Positions 38,013 through 46,913 of a DNA stretch of 64,000 nucleotides are shown here, piece after piece. Position 1 is the first letter of the stretch; every line of letters starts with the position of its first letter. The notes beneath the pieces were generated by a model that saw only the letters and a list, made by a program, of their open reading frames with translations, searched no databases and had not been told where the DNA came from. The position numbers and the translations under genes were made by a program. Source of the DNA: Candidatus Rifleibacteriota bacterium (GTDB taxonomy: Bacteria > Muiribacteriota > Ozemobacteria > Ozemobacterales > Ozemobacteraceae); the NCBI GenBank assembly GCA_905236675.1, contig CAJOND010000030.1, positions 26,061-90,060 on the forward strand, written 5' to 3'.

Positions 38013-38885
38013 ATGAAAAAAACTCTTATTGTACAAGCTCCGGCAAAGATAAATATTGGCTTATGGGTTAAAAATAGACGTCAAGATGGTTTTCATGATT
38101 TAGAAACTATTTTTCAAACCATATCTTTAACGGATAACATAATTTTACATGAGGGTTTTGAACCTGGAATCAGGATAATTTGTGACAACAAGAATGTACC
38201 AACGGGTGAAGATAATATAGCTTTTAGAGCTGCGAGAATTTTTTTGAAAAAATATGGTATTGAACCAGCTTTAGATATAAAAATAGAAAAAAGAATACCT
38301 ATGGCTGCAGGATTGGCTGGTGGTAGTACAGATGCTGCAACTGTTTTGACTGGGTTAGCAAAATTATATGAACGAACGGTTACTCCTGCTGAATTTATGG
38401 AAATGGCAGCATTTTTAGGTTCGGATGTACCGTTCTTGATTAAAGGAGGTTTGGCTAGAGGATCTGGCCGTGGTGAAAAGCTTGAGTTTTATGATATGCC
38501 TAGAAATCAGATAATTGTTGTGGTTGTTATGCCAAATGATGTTTCTGTTTCTACTAAATGGTGTTACGATAATTATACTCCAGGAAACAATGAAATTAAG
38601 TCTAGAAGTTTTGAAATGATTCTTGAAGCTTATCAAAAATGTGATTTTGAAAGTTTAAAAAAGGTTGTTTTTAATGATTTGGAATCTGTTACTTTGCAAC
38701 GGTATCCTTTGATTCAGCGTATTAAGGAACTTTTATCCAGTACAGGGGATGGCGTTGTTCTAATGTCCGGCAGCGGTCCTTCTGTATTTGGTCTTTTTGA
38801 TGATAAAAGAAAGGCTCTTAATGCTGTTACTGCTTTAAGGGGTGTACCTGCTCAGATTTTCGTAGAAAGAATATGTAAGAAATAG
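38013..38885 (+). CDS. ispE: 4-diphosphocytidyl-2-C-methyl-D-erythritol kinase
   Basis: APAKINIGL and the GHMP kinase motif PMAAGLAGGSTDAA. It starts 2 nt after the ispD stop. Confidence 0.92.
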   Translation: MKKTLIVQAPAKINIGLWVKNRRQDGFHDLETIFQTISLTDNIILHEGFEPGIRIICDNKNVPTGEDNIAFRAARIFLKKYGIEPALDIKIEKRIPMAAGLAGGSTDAATVLTGLAKLYERTVTPAEFMEMAAFLGSDVPFLIKGGLARGSGRGEKLEFYDMPRNQIIVVVVMPNDVSVSTKWCYDNYTPGNNEIKSRSFEMILEAYQKCDFESLKKVVFNDLESVTLQRYPLIQRIKELLSSTGDGVVLMSGSGPSVFGLFDDKRKALNAVTALRGVPAQIFVERICKK

Positions 38886-38976
38886 GAATAAAATTTGAAG
38901 GTGTTTTTTTGTTTAAGATTTATACTGATTGTGTACACAGCAAAAATCTCAAAGAATAAAAATTATCTAGACAAAA

Positions 38977-39008
38977 GAAAAATTCCCCTGTATGAGGGGA
39001 ATTTTTTC
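38977..39008 (+). terminator. rho-independent terminator after ispE
   Basis: AAAAATTCCCC-tgtatga-GGGGAATTTTTT. Confidence 0.75.
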
Positions 39009-39171
39009 TTTGAAAAAATTCCTTCCTTAGGGGAAATTTTACCCAATACAGTGAATTTTGTTTGTTTTTTGTTATTAATATTCGAATAAAGATTGTCTGA
39101 AAATGAGTGAATCTCTTTGTTAATCATGCTTTACAATTGTCTTAATAATTTTAAAAAAAAAAGTTGCATTT

Positions 39172-39187
39172 TGGCATTACATTTGCA
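39172..39187 (+). promoter_or_regulatory. sigma-54 (-24/-12) promoter upstream of the first Flp pilin gene
   Basis: TGGCATtacatTTGCA against the consensus TGGCAC-N5-TTGCA/T. The GG (39173) to GC (39185) spacing is exactly 12 nt. It lies 46 nt upstream of the ATG at 39233. Confidence 0.65.
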
Positions 39188-39232
39188 ATAATAAATGTTG
39201 TCGTAAGACAAAAAATTTCAGGAGGAATTAAT

Positions 39233-39406
39233 ATGAATCGTTTCTTTAGAGAAGAAGAAGGACAAGGTCTAGTAGAATATGCTCTTATCATTGGTTTGAT
39301 CGCAATCGTAGCTATTGCTGCTCTTACATCAGCTGGTAAAAGCGTAAGCGGTCTCTTTGGTAATATCACCAATGAACTCAATACTGCTAATACTCCTTCT
39401 AACTAA
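39233..39406 (+). CDS. Flp/Fap-family (Tad-type, type IVc) pilin
   Basis: 57 aa. AGGAGG SD 7 nt upstream. Flp motif G/QGLVEY followed by the hydrophobic helix ALIIGLIAIVAIAALT. The 80-aa track ORF from 39164 is an upstream extension with no support. Confidence 0.85.
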   Translation: MNRFFREEEGQGLVEYALIIGLIAIVAIAALTSAGKSVSGLFGNITNELNTANTPSN

Positions 39407-39425
39407 TAACTAATTATTGAACGGC

Positions 39426-39455
39426 AAAAAAGGCAGGCTATGCCTGCCTTTTTTG
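39426..39455 (+). terminator. rho-independent terminator between the two flp genes
   Basis: A-run, GGCAGGC-tat-GCCTGCC, then TTTTTT. Confidence 0.75.
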
Positions 39456-39487
39456 TTATAAATCTGCAAAAAGAAAGAATAATAACA

Positions 39488-39667
39488 ATGAAAAAAAGAA
39501 TGAGAAAATCGGGTCAGGGTTTGGTAGAGTATGCTTTAATTATTGGATTGGTTGCTATTGTTGCAATTGCAACATTAACAAGCTGTTCACAAGCATTAAA
39601 AAGTTTCTATTTAGATACTATACCTAATGCATTAAACACTATACCAAATAGTAGCTCGAGCAATTAA
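39488..39667 (+). CDS. Flp/Fap-family pilin, second copy
   Basis: 59 aa. MKKRMRKSG/QGLVEYALIIGLVAIVAIATLT. Confidence 0.8.
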   Translation: MKKRMRKSGQGLVEYALIIGLVAIVAIATLTSCSQALKSFYLDTIPNALNTIPNSSSSN

Positions 39668-39940
39668 GTATTTCCTTCAATAAAACCAAATCTGAACGCT
39701 AATTTATAATGATAAAAACTGTATTATTTTAGATTAGTTTATAGTTCGAATTTTCTTATTATCTTTGTACAAGTAAACATTATTTAATTTAGATAGTAAC
39801 TTATATTTTTTATTTATAGAATTAATATTTCATTAACAATCTTATTTTTCATTAAAAAGCAATAGATCTGATATAAGTTTTTTTTAGTCATAATTAACAT
39901 ATTTTTCGGTTTCTAATTACTAATTAATTTATTCTCCCTA

Positions 39941-39969
39941 TTGACACATAGAAATATTCGTACTAATAT
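39941..39969 (+). promoter_or_regulatory. candidate sigma-70 promoter
   Basis: Perfect TTGACA, a 17-nt spacer, then TAATAT. GGGGAG SD and TTG start at 40000. Confidence 0.5.
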
Positions 39970-39999
39970 CAAAACATACTTTTTTGGGGAGAAATAGAC

Positions 40000-40944
40000 T
40001 TGAAAAAAACAAAGATTATATCATTTTTTGTTATATTATTAGCTGTTGTCGCATTAGGGGTCTTCATGGGAAACATTATGTTCAACCTATTGGAGGGTGG
40101 AAAAAGTTCGCAAAATACTAATACCCCATCTGCTTCATCAGGAACAGAAAATAAACAAGGTACCGTTAAAATTTTATATGGAGATAGTGATACTCCCCAA
40201 AATAATGAAGCAACAGAATTTCAGCAAAACTTAAATTATGCTTCTTCAGCTAATGCTATTCCATTGCATAACCAATCAGAAAGCTCTGAAAAATTAGTAA
40301 CCGCATCTAATACACCAAAGACAACTAATGAAAATCTTGTTTTTTCACCAACAGGTCCTCGATGGTTTGCTTATGCAAGCACAAACGGTTTAAATGTCAG
40401 AGAAACCCCAGATAAAAAAGGTAAGTTTATGTTTAAGGTTGCTAAAGGAACTAGAGGGGTAGTAAAAGAAAAGAAAGATGGCTGGACCTATATTCAATGG
40501 GATTTTAATAAGAAAAAAGGTTGGTCTATAGATGATTATTTAGTTCAGGGACCAGCTAATATTATAGAAAACTTAGTGAATAAAAATACTGACACTAAAA
40601 TAGAAAATATAAAAACTGAGCAGCTTACCCAGGCAAACATAGAAAAAGAAATAGAACAGAGTAAAACAATTATTGGTGTAGCTAGACCTGCTTCATTAAC
40701 AGAAACTGTAATGACTTATACTAATGGTAAAGATTTACCTCAAAAAGCTACTATTGCTGCTCCAAATGTTGCAAATATAAGAGAACAACCAACTACAAAA
40801 AGTCTGTTGCTTATCAAATTACCAAAGGGAACCGTAGTTGGAGTTAAGGGCGTTAAACAAGTAGATAAATATCAATGGTTTGAAATAACCTTCAGTAACG
40901 GAACTAAAAGCGGTTGGACTAGAGAAGACAATTTAAAATTCTAA
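40000..40944 (+). CDS. membrane-anchored protein with two SH3b domains
   Basis: N-terminal TM helix IISFFVILLAVVALGVFMG. Two SH3_3-like segments: GLNVRETPDKKG...GWTYIQW and ANIREQPTTKS...YQWFEITF. Confidence 0.65.
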   Translation: MKKTKIISFFVILLAVVALGVFMGNIMFNLLEGGKSSQNTNTPSASSGTENKQGTVKILYGDSDTPQNNEATEFQQNLNYASSANAIPLHNQSESSEKLVTASNTPKTTNENLVFSPTGPRWFAYASTNGLNVRETPDKKGKFMFKVAKGTRGVVKEKKDGWTYIQWDFNKKKGWSIDDYLVQGPANIIENLVNKNTDTKIENIKTEQLTQANIEKEIEQSKTIIGVARPASLTETVMTYTNGKDLPQKATIAAPNVANIREQPTTKSLLLIKLPKGTVVGVKGVKQVDKYQWFEITFSNGTKSGWTREDNLKF

Positions 40945-40947
40945 AAG

Positions 40948-41808
40948 TCAATTAGTTTTTGTTTCTCTTATTATTGTAGGAAATGAGTCAACTTTTTTGA
41001 TTCTATTTCCACAAAAGGGGCAAAATCTAATTCTTTCCACTGTAAGTGCACGGCAACTAGAACATATTAAAAGTGTTCCTTCTGGTGGTAAATCATGTTT
41101 TAATGCTTCTATCCAAATTTCATAAATAATGAATATAAGCACAGAAATAAGTGAAATAATAAGTCCGCTTAAAGAAATTATGGAAAATCCATTGCATCTT
41201 GTTATTAAAAAATCAAATATTCCATGTAAAATTGATGAAATAAGTAGGCCAAGATTCAAAAAAATAGCTGTTTTACCAGGAGATTTTGGTAAATTAAAAG
41301 CTATTGAGGAGTAATATCCACAAATGCTTGCAAATGCTAGATGAGCAACAGAATTAACTATAATCCTTGGTAATACAATTGAAGCTCCATAAATATAGTA
41401 ATATTGCAGGTTTTCTAAAAATGAAAAAGATAACGCACAGCCAGCAAAACTCATAAATACAAATGTTGGTCGAAAGCCATCCGTTCTATTGAAACAACAG
41501 ACAATATGAGCTCCAAGAGCTTTAAATCCTTCTTCAACAAAGCCAACTATTCCAATGCTAGCTATTAAAATAATATACCATTCACGAGTCGAGTATAAAA
41601 AATCATGTATCTGGCCACCTAAATAGATCCCAATAGGAATATATATGAGTTTGACAAAAAAGACAGCTAGAACACCAAATATAATTCCATTCCAGAAAGC
41701 TTTGCTAAGATTATTATCAAGCCAGTGCTTCTTTGCAAGAGTATAAAAGAAAGCTATAGGAGAGACTAGAATTATAGAAAAAACAATATCGTCAAAAGTA
41801 GAAAACAA
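40948..41808 (-). CDS. PrsW-family intramembrane metalloprotease with C-terminal zinc ribbon
   Basis: Polytopic. GFVEEGFKALG (the EExxK motif) and SILHGIFDF (HxxxD). C-terminal CSSC...CPFC. Confidence 0.7.
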   Translation of the reverse strand: MFSTFDDIVFSIILVSPIAFFYTLAKKHWLDNNLSKAFWNGIIFGVLAVFFVKLIYIPIGIYLGGQIHDFLYSTREWYIILIASIGIVGFVEEGFKALGAHIVCCFNRTDGFRPTFVFMSFAGCALSFSFLENLQYYYIYGASIVLPRIIVNSVAHLAFASICGYYSSIAFNLPKSPGKTAIFLNLGLLISSILHGIFDFLITRCNGFSIISLSGLIISLISVLIFIIYEIWIEALKHDLPPEGTLLICSSCRALTVERIRFCPFCGNRIKKVDSFPTIIRETKTN

Positions 41809-41814
41809 GATGGA

Positions 41815-43467
41815 CTATTCCCTTAAGAAGTTAGCTTGATAAATACATTTTCCTGTTTTTTTACCAACATGAAAAACAAATCCTGAACAATCGGAATTCC
41901 AAACAGGTCGGAAGCTTTCATATATTCCGGGGAAGCTAAGGATTTCTTCTTTTTTTGATTTTAGGTCTTGTAATACAATAACATTTTTGCTTCCTCCTTC
42001 ATTTAATGAACGAGTATAAGCAAGAATTTTATTGTCTGGTGAAATGTCAGCCATCCAATTCCTTGAATTGTTAGTTACAAGCGCAGTTGGTTCTCCTAAT
42101 GGATCTATATCTACTTTCATAATATGAGATATTTTCATATTTTCTATTATTCTTGTAAATATTATGCTTTTACCATCAGGGGTCCATCTAGGTTCTCTAT
42201 CATTAACGTTTCCTTTTGTTATTTGGGTAACTTTTTTATTATTGAAAATGTCTAGAGTATAGATTCTATTTTTGCCGTCGCCTCTATTAGATACAAATGC
42301 AATTTTTTTCCCATCGGGTGAAATACAAGGCATCATGTTTTTGCTATTACCAGATGTTAGAGCCATACTGTTTTTGCTCTTTCTGTCGTATAAGAAAATC
42401 TGTTCAGGTGGCTGACTGTCGCTGGAAAAAATTATCATGTTGGAATCCGGGGTTAGTTCAGGGGTCCAAACATTACCTTTCCATTCAAAAACTCTTGTGG
42501 CTTTAGCTTTTTCTGATGGTGATTTTATGAAACACTGAAAAGTTGGTTTCCCTTTATAATCAATTCTATCAGAAGCAAAAACCAGTTCATTCCCTTTCTT
42601 GGATTTAAAACCATGATAGCTGTTTCTATCTGAAACTTCTAATAAAGATACATTTTTGTAAACGAGATTCCCACGTGGGAACAAATCTGAGTCTGGGATG
42701 ACTTGAGAAGTTTCTGTAAATGAGGCTGTTTCACCAATGGGTTCAACAACTTCTGTAGAACCGTTGTCAAATTCTTCTACAATCACTACTTCATCAGTTT
42801 TAGGTTTTTCAACTTCGCTACTATTGGCAGAGTTTGTTGCAATTAAATCAGGTGTCTTTGTATTAGATGGTTCTGATTGGCTAGAAGCTGATTTATTAAT
42901 ATTATTTGTTGAAACAGAAGCTATTTCGTTTTTATTAACTTCATGTGTATTTTCGTTAGCTTTAACTAATTCTTTTGTTTCATTACTTTGAATATTGTTT
43001 ATATCTTTATTTTGATTTTCGGTATTGTTAGGTTTTATATTTTCGTCAGAAATAACTTTATCTTTGATTTCTGTTTGTTTTACATAATTTTCAGGAATAG
43101 GTTCAGCATTTTCTAAATCTTCTTTTTCAGAATACAAAGATATAGAATTATTTGATGAACTGTCGTTATACTGCATTTTAACTTCAATATTAGGTGAAAT
43201 CGTATTAGAGGCTATTATATCAGGCTTGTTTTCACTAGGTTTATTTTCAAATTTATCTATTAAGTTGTTAAGAATAGAATGTTTCCACACTTCACCTTTG
43301 AACACATAAGTGTCAAATAAACTTCCTACAAAAGCTCCCGATAGAAAAATAAAAAGACCTAATAACATTCTTTTATGACGTCTTTGTCTTCTTTTTTGTG
43401 GAGTATCGCAATCTGGACAGTTGATTTCACGCCCTGGTAATTTTTTGCCACACCTAAAACAATACAT
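41815..43467 (-). CDS. zinc-ribbon, TM helix, low-complexity linker and TolB-like (PD40) beta-propeller protein
   Basis: N-terminal YCFRCGKKLPGREINCPDCDTP. TM helix MLLGLFIFLSGAFVGSLF. Asn/Ser/Glu-rich linker. PD40 repeats: ISPDGKKIAFVSNR, WTPDGKSIIFTR, ISPDNKILAYTRS. Confidence 0.7.
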   Translation of the reverse strand: MYCFRCGKKLPGREINCPDCDTPQKRRQRRHKRMLLGLFIFLSGAFVGSLFDTYVFKGEVWKHSILNNLIDKFENKPSENKPDIIASNTISPNIEVKMQYNDSSSNNSISLYSEKEDLENAEPIPENYVKQTEIKDKVISDENIKPNNTENQNKDINNIQSNETKELVKANENTHEVNKNEIASVSTNNINKSASSQSEPSNTKTPDLIATNSANSSEVEKPKTDEVVIVEEFDNGSTEVVEPIGETASFTETSQVIPDSDLFPRGNLVYKNVSLLEVSDRNSYHGFKSKKGNELVFASDRIDYKGKPTFQCFIKSPSEKAKATRVFEWKGNVWTPELTPDSNMIIFSSDSQPPEQIFLYDRKSKNSMALTSGNSKNMMPCISPDGKKIAFVSNRGDGKNRIYTLDIFNNKKVTQITKGNVNDREPRWTPDGKSIIFTRIIENMKISHIMKVDIDPLGEPTALVTNNSRNWMADISPDNKILAYTRSLNEGGSKNVIVLQDLKSKKEEILSFPGIYESFRPVWNSDCSGFVFHVGKKTGKCIYQANFLRE

Positions 43468-43533
43468 TGTTGTCTCCTTAATATAATGCGTAAATATTAT
43501 ACCTTAATAGAGTAATAAAGTAAAATAACTAAT

Positions 43534-43715
43534 TTCCACCTTCCATCTTCAGTTTTCAACTTTCAACTTTCAACTTTCAACTTTCAACTCTTAATTCTTA
43601 ATTCTTATCTCTTATCCCTTATCTCTCATTTCTCAGCTCTCCTGCTCTCAACTCTCAACTCTAAACTCTAAATTCTCAATTCTCAATTTTCAATTTTCAT
43701 CTTCTATCTTCCTAG
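43534..43715 (+). repeat. array of 26 in-phase heptanucleotide units with drifting consensus
   Basis: In order: ttccacc, ttccatc, ttcagtt, ttcaact x5, cttaatt x2, cttatct, cttatcc, cttatct, ctcattt, ctcagct, ctcctgc, tctcaac x2, tctaaac, tctaaat, tctcaat x2, tttcaat, tttcatc, ttctatc, ttcctag. There are no indels across 182 bp and only 4 G on the plus strand. Confidence 0.9.
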
Positions 43716-43737
43716 TCTAAGTTAGGCTCATCCTAAC

Positions 43738-43766
43738 TTGTACAAAGGGAAAAAATATAATATAAT
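43738..43766 (+). promoter_or_regulatory. candidate sigma-70 promoter for nagZ
   Basis: TTGTAC, a 17-nt spacer, then a perfect TATAAT ending 29 nt before the ATG at 43796. Confidence 0.55.
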
Positions 43767-43795
43767 GAAAAATAAAAAAACGAGGCAAATCATAT

Positions 43796-45337
43796 ATGAA
43801 CAAAAAAGATATAGGTAAGCTGTTTGTAATTGGTTATCAAGGCGAAGATCCATCTGATGAATTCCTTTCATTTGTTGAAGAATGGGGAATTGGCGGTGTG
43901 ATTGTTTTCGCAAGGAATTTAGCTGATCCTTTAAAACTTCCTAAAGTTTTGAAAAAAATAGAGGAAGCTTCTCAGAATAAAGTGTTTACAGCCATAGATC
44001 AAGAGGGTGGTCTAGTCTTAAGAATATTAAGCCATGGAAGCTTATTTCCATCTGCAATGGCATTAGCTGCAAGTGAAAGTGTTGAATTAACTCAGAAAAC
44101 TTATGAAGCAATTGGCGAAGAAATGTTGAGTTTGGGTTTGAATTGGAACCTTGCACCGGTGTTAGATATAAATCATCCTAGCAACCCTGGTATTGGAGCT
44201 AGATCTTTTGGTGATACTCCTGAATTAGTTGCTAAATTTGGTATTGCTGCAATTAAAGGTCTTCAATCCGCTGGTGTGATGGCTTGTGCAAAACATTTCC
44301 CAGGGAAGGGAGAAGCAAAAAAAGATTCTCATTTAACTTTGCCAACTATTCCATATGATCAGGAAAGACTTCGTTCTATAGAACTCTTCCCGTTTATTAA
44401 AGCAATAAAAAATGATGTTGCTTCAATAATGACATCCCATGTATTTTTCCCTGCTTTTGAAAAAACAACTAATTTACCTATTACTTTATCTAAAGCAGTT
44501 TTAACAGATTTGTTACGAAAAGAACTGAAATTTAACGGACTTATAATTACGGATGACTTAGAAATGGGTGCTATTACCGAATCATTTGGAATAGCTCAGG
44601 CGGCCCTTCGTTCTTTTCTGGCAGGTGCTGACCAACTTTTGATATGTCATACTCTAGAACAGCAAAAATTAGCTGCTGAAACTCTATTTAATAGTGTGGA
44701 AAAAGATTCAAATGCTGCCATAAGATTGGAAGAGAGTCTGGAAAGAATAAAAATAGCAAGATCTAAATTAGTTGCTTCTAGCAATAATTCTAAAGATATT
44801 GATTCTTTAAAGAAAAAACATGAAACATTAATAGATGAAGTGTCTGAAAGATCTATAAAGTTTTTATCTGTAGATTCAAAAGATTATCCGGTTAAAGATT
44901 CACATGAAACACTTTTTGTTTTACCTAAAATTTCTTCATTAGTTCAGGTTGAAGAAGAACATAAAGATAACAGCCTTGCAAATCTTATTAAGTCAGATTT
45001 CTCCAATTGTATGACATTAGTTTATGAACCTAAGGCTAGTAGCAAAGATATAATAGATAGTGTTAAAGAGAAAAATGCCAGACAGGTTGTTTTTATGACC
45101 TATAACGGTCATTTATTCAAGGAACAAATAGAGGCCGCAAGAAAAATCTCTGAGTTTGTTCAAAGTATTATAATTATTGCTTTAAGAAATCCATATGATA
45201 TTTTTGAATGTGATTTTTCTAATACAAAAGGAGCAACTTTTGGCTTTAGAACTCCAGCTATTAAAGCATTATTAAATGTTTTAAAGGGTATAAAACAACC
45301 TGTTAAAGGTAATTGGCCAATAAAAACAATCTGTTAA
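43796..45337 (+). CDS. nagZ: beta-N-acetylhexosaminidase (GH3) with extra C-terminal domain
   Basis: IDQEGGLV, KHFPGKGEAKKDSH, LIITDDLEMGA. 513 aa. Confidence 0.88.
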   Translation: MNKKDIGKLFVIGYQGEDPSDEFLSFVEEWGIGGVIVFARNLADPLKLPKVLKKIEEASQNKVFTAIDQEGGLVLRILSHGSLFPSAMALAASESVELTQKTYEAIGEEMLSLGLNWNLAPVLDINHPSNPGIGARSFGDTPELVAKFGIAAIKGLQSAGVMACAKHFPGKGEAKKDSHLTLPTIPYDQERLRSIELFPFIKAIKNDVASIMTSHVFFPAFEKTTNLPITLSKAVLTDLLRKELKFNGLIITDDLEMGAITESFGIAQAALRSFLAGADQLLICHTLEQQKLAAETLFNSVEKDSNAAIRLEESLERIKIARSKLVASSNNSKDIDSLKKKHETLIDEVSERSIKFLSVDSKDYPVKDSHETLFVLPKISSLVQVEEEHKDNSLANLIKSDFSNCMTLVYEPKASSKDIIDSVKEKNARQVVFMTYNGHLFKEQIEAARKISEFVQSIIIIALRNPYDIFECDFSNTKGATFGFRTPAIKALLNVLKGIKQPVKGNWPIKTIC

Positions 45338-45404
45338 AACCCTTTATTTGTTTTAAAGAATTATTTAGCGATAGAAATTTAATTAGTTTTTACCTTAATG
45401 AATA

Positions 45405-45438
45405 ATAAAAAAAGCTCGCTATAAGCGAGCTTTTTTTA
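45405..45438. terminator. bidirectional rho-independent terminator
   Basis: A-run, AGCTCGCT-ata-AGCGAGCT, then TTTTTTT, lying between convergent nagZ and the platform gene. Confidence 0.8.
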
Positions 45439-45450
45439 TTAAGCTTATTA

Positions 45451-46656
45451 TTAGTTAACGTTAACCAATTTAAGCATTGGCATGAAAACTGCCATAACGA
45501 TACCACCGATTACAACCCCTAATACAACGATAACTAACGGTTCGATTACTGATGTAAGACCTTTAACCGCTGTATCTACTTCTGTATCATAGAAGTCTGC
45601 AATCTTTGTTAACATCTTGTCGAGTTCACCTGTTTCTTCTCCAACTGCAATCATTTGAACAACCATTGGAGGGAAAACGCCTGAGCTTTTTAGAGGTTCG
45701 GCGATTGATTCACCTTCTCTAATGGATATACGAGTTTTGTCAACGGCGTCTGCTATAACACAGTTACCTGCTGTCTGAGAAGTAACTTCAAGTGCTTGCA
45801 AAATCGGAACACCTGAAGAAATCAAAGTACCAAGTGTTCTTGTAAATTTTGCAACAGCAACCTTTCTCATCATCATACCAAGATTTGGAATTTTAAGAAT
45901 ATTTGTATCCCAAATTCTTGAACCTGTTTTGGTTTGGAAGAACTTCCAAATTAAAAGAGGAATAAGGACGATAGCAGGAATAACAACAAACCACCAACCT
46001 ACCATGAAGTCTGATACAGCAAGTAATATGGTCGTTGCCATTGGAAGTTCAATATTCATACCTAAGAAGATTTCTTTGAACTGTGGCAAAACGAACATAA
46101 CCAATGCAACAACTACCAAGAACGCAATCCCGAATACGACTACCGGGTAAGTCATTGCACCTTTAATTTTTGCTTTCAAAGCTTCAGAACTTTCAAGGTA
46201 TTCTGCAAGTCTATCAAGAATAACGTCAAGAATACCACCGATTTCTCCAGCTTTTACAAGAGAACAGAAAAGATTATTAAATACTTTAGGGTGCTTTTCT
46301 AGTGCTTTTGAGAAAGTCGCACCACCTTCAACGTCTGTTCTTATCTGGCTGATGATTCTTTTAAAAGTAGGATTTTCAGCTTGTGACTGAAGAATTGTTA
46401 GACATCTTACTAGAGGAACACCAGAACCGATCATTGTTGCAAATTGTCTTGCAAAAATACTGACTTCCTGTGAACTTACACCTCTGGTAAAGAGTGCGAA
46501 ACCGCCACCGCCACCGCCTTTCTTTTCGGTAATATTTATTACAAAGAAACCTTTTTCACGAAGTTTGCTAATACAAGCTTCTTTGTTTTCACATTCCATT
46601 TCGGAAGTGACGATTTTACCATCCCAGTTTTTGGCTTTATATGAGAATGTCGCCAT
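45451..46656 (-). CDS. type IV pilus/type II secretion inner-membrane platform protein (PilC/GspF family)
   Basis: 401 aa. Duplicated GspF domains (SGVPLVRCL... and SGVPILQAL...). N-terminus FSYKAKNWDGKIV, typical of the family. Confidence 0.9.
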   Translation of the reverse strand: MATFSYKAKNWDGKIVTSEMECENKEACISKLREKGFFVINITEKKGGGGGGFALFTRGVSSQEVSIFARQFATMIGSGVPLVRCLTILQSQAENPTFKRIISQIRTDVEGGATFSKALEKHPKVFNNLFCSLVKAGEIGGILDVILDRLAEYLESSEALKAKIKGAMTYPVVVFGIAFLVVVALVMFVLPQFKEIFLGMNIELPMATTILLAVSDFMVGWWFVVIPAIVLIPLLIWKFFQTKTGSRIWDTNILKIPNLGMMMRKVAVAKFTRTLGTLISSGVPILQALEVTSQTAGNCVIADAVDKTRISIREGESIAEPLKSSGVFPPMVVQMIAVGEETGELDKMLTKIADFYDTEVDTAVKGLTSVIEPLVIVVLGVVIGGIVMAVFMPMLKLVNVN

Positions 46657-46913
46657 AAAACTAAACTCCTAATTTCAAATATTTAAAAATTCTAATTAAA
46701 TAAATAGAGTTGCAAAAACAACAATTAATTTAGATATTGTATCACATAATTAGCTAGAATGATACATTATTATCTTAAATTAACTTTTTTAAAAATAAAT
46801 GCAAGTAAAAAATAAAGATTTTAAGAAAATTTTATCATAAAATATTAATCTTGATAAGATATTCACTATTAAAAAAGTAGACTTTAAAAAAAAGTTAAGC
46901 TACCATATCTTTC

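Noticed and set aside
38895-39089. 64-aa plus-strand ORF after ispE
   Set aside because: It spans the ispE terminator hairpin, is hydrophobic and low-complexity, and has no SD. It is most likely non-coding.
39164-39406. 80-aa version of the first Flp ORF starting at 39164
   Set aside because: The extension would begin inside the sigma-54 promoter and has no SD. The AGGAGG SD and the short basic leader typical of Flp prepilins support the ATG at 39233.
43534-43715. Heptamer array as a CRISPR array, a coding heptad repeat, or oriC/DnaA-box cluster
   Set aside because: The 7-nt period with no spacers excludes CRISPR. No ORF of 60 aa or more crosses it, and TAA stops occur in the cttaatt units. 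Only a partial TTATCC resemblance to a DnaA box is present, with no dnaA/dnaN context.
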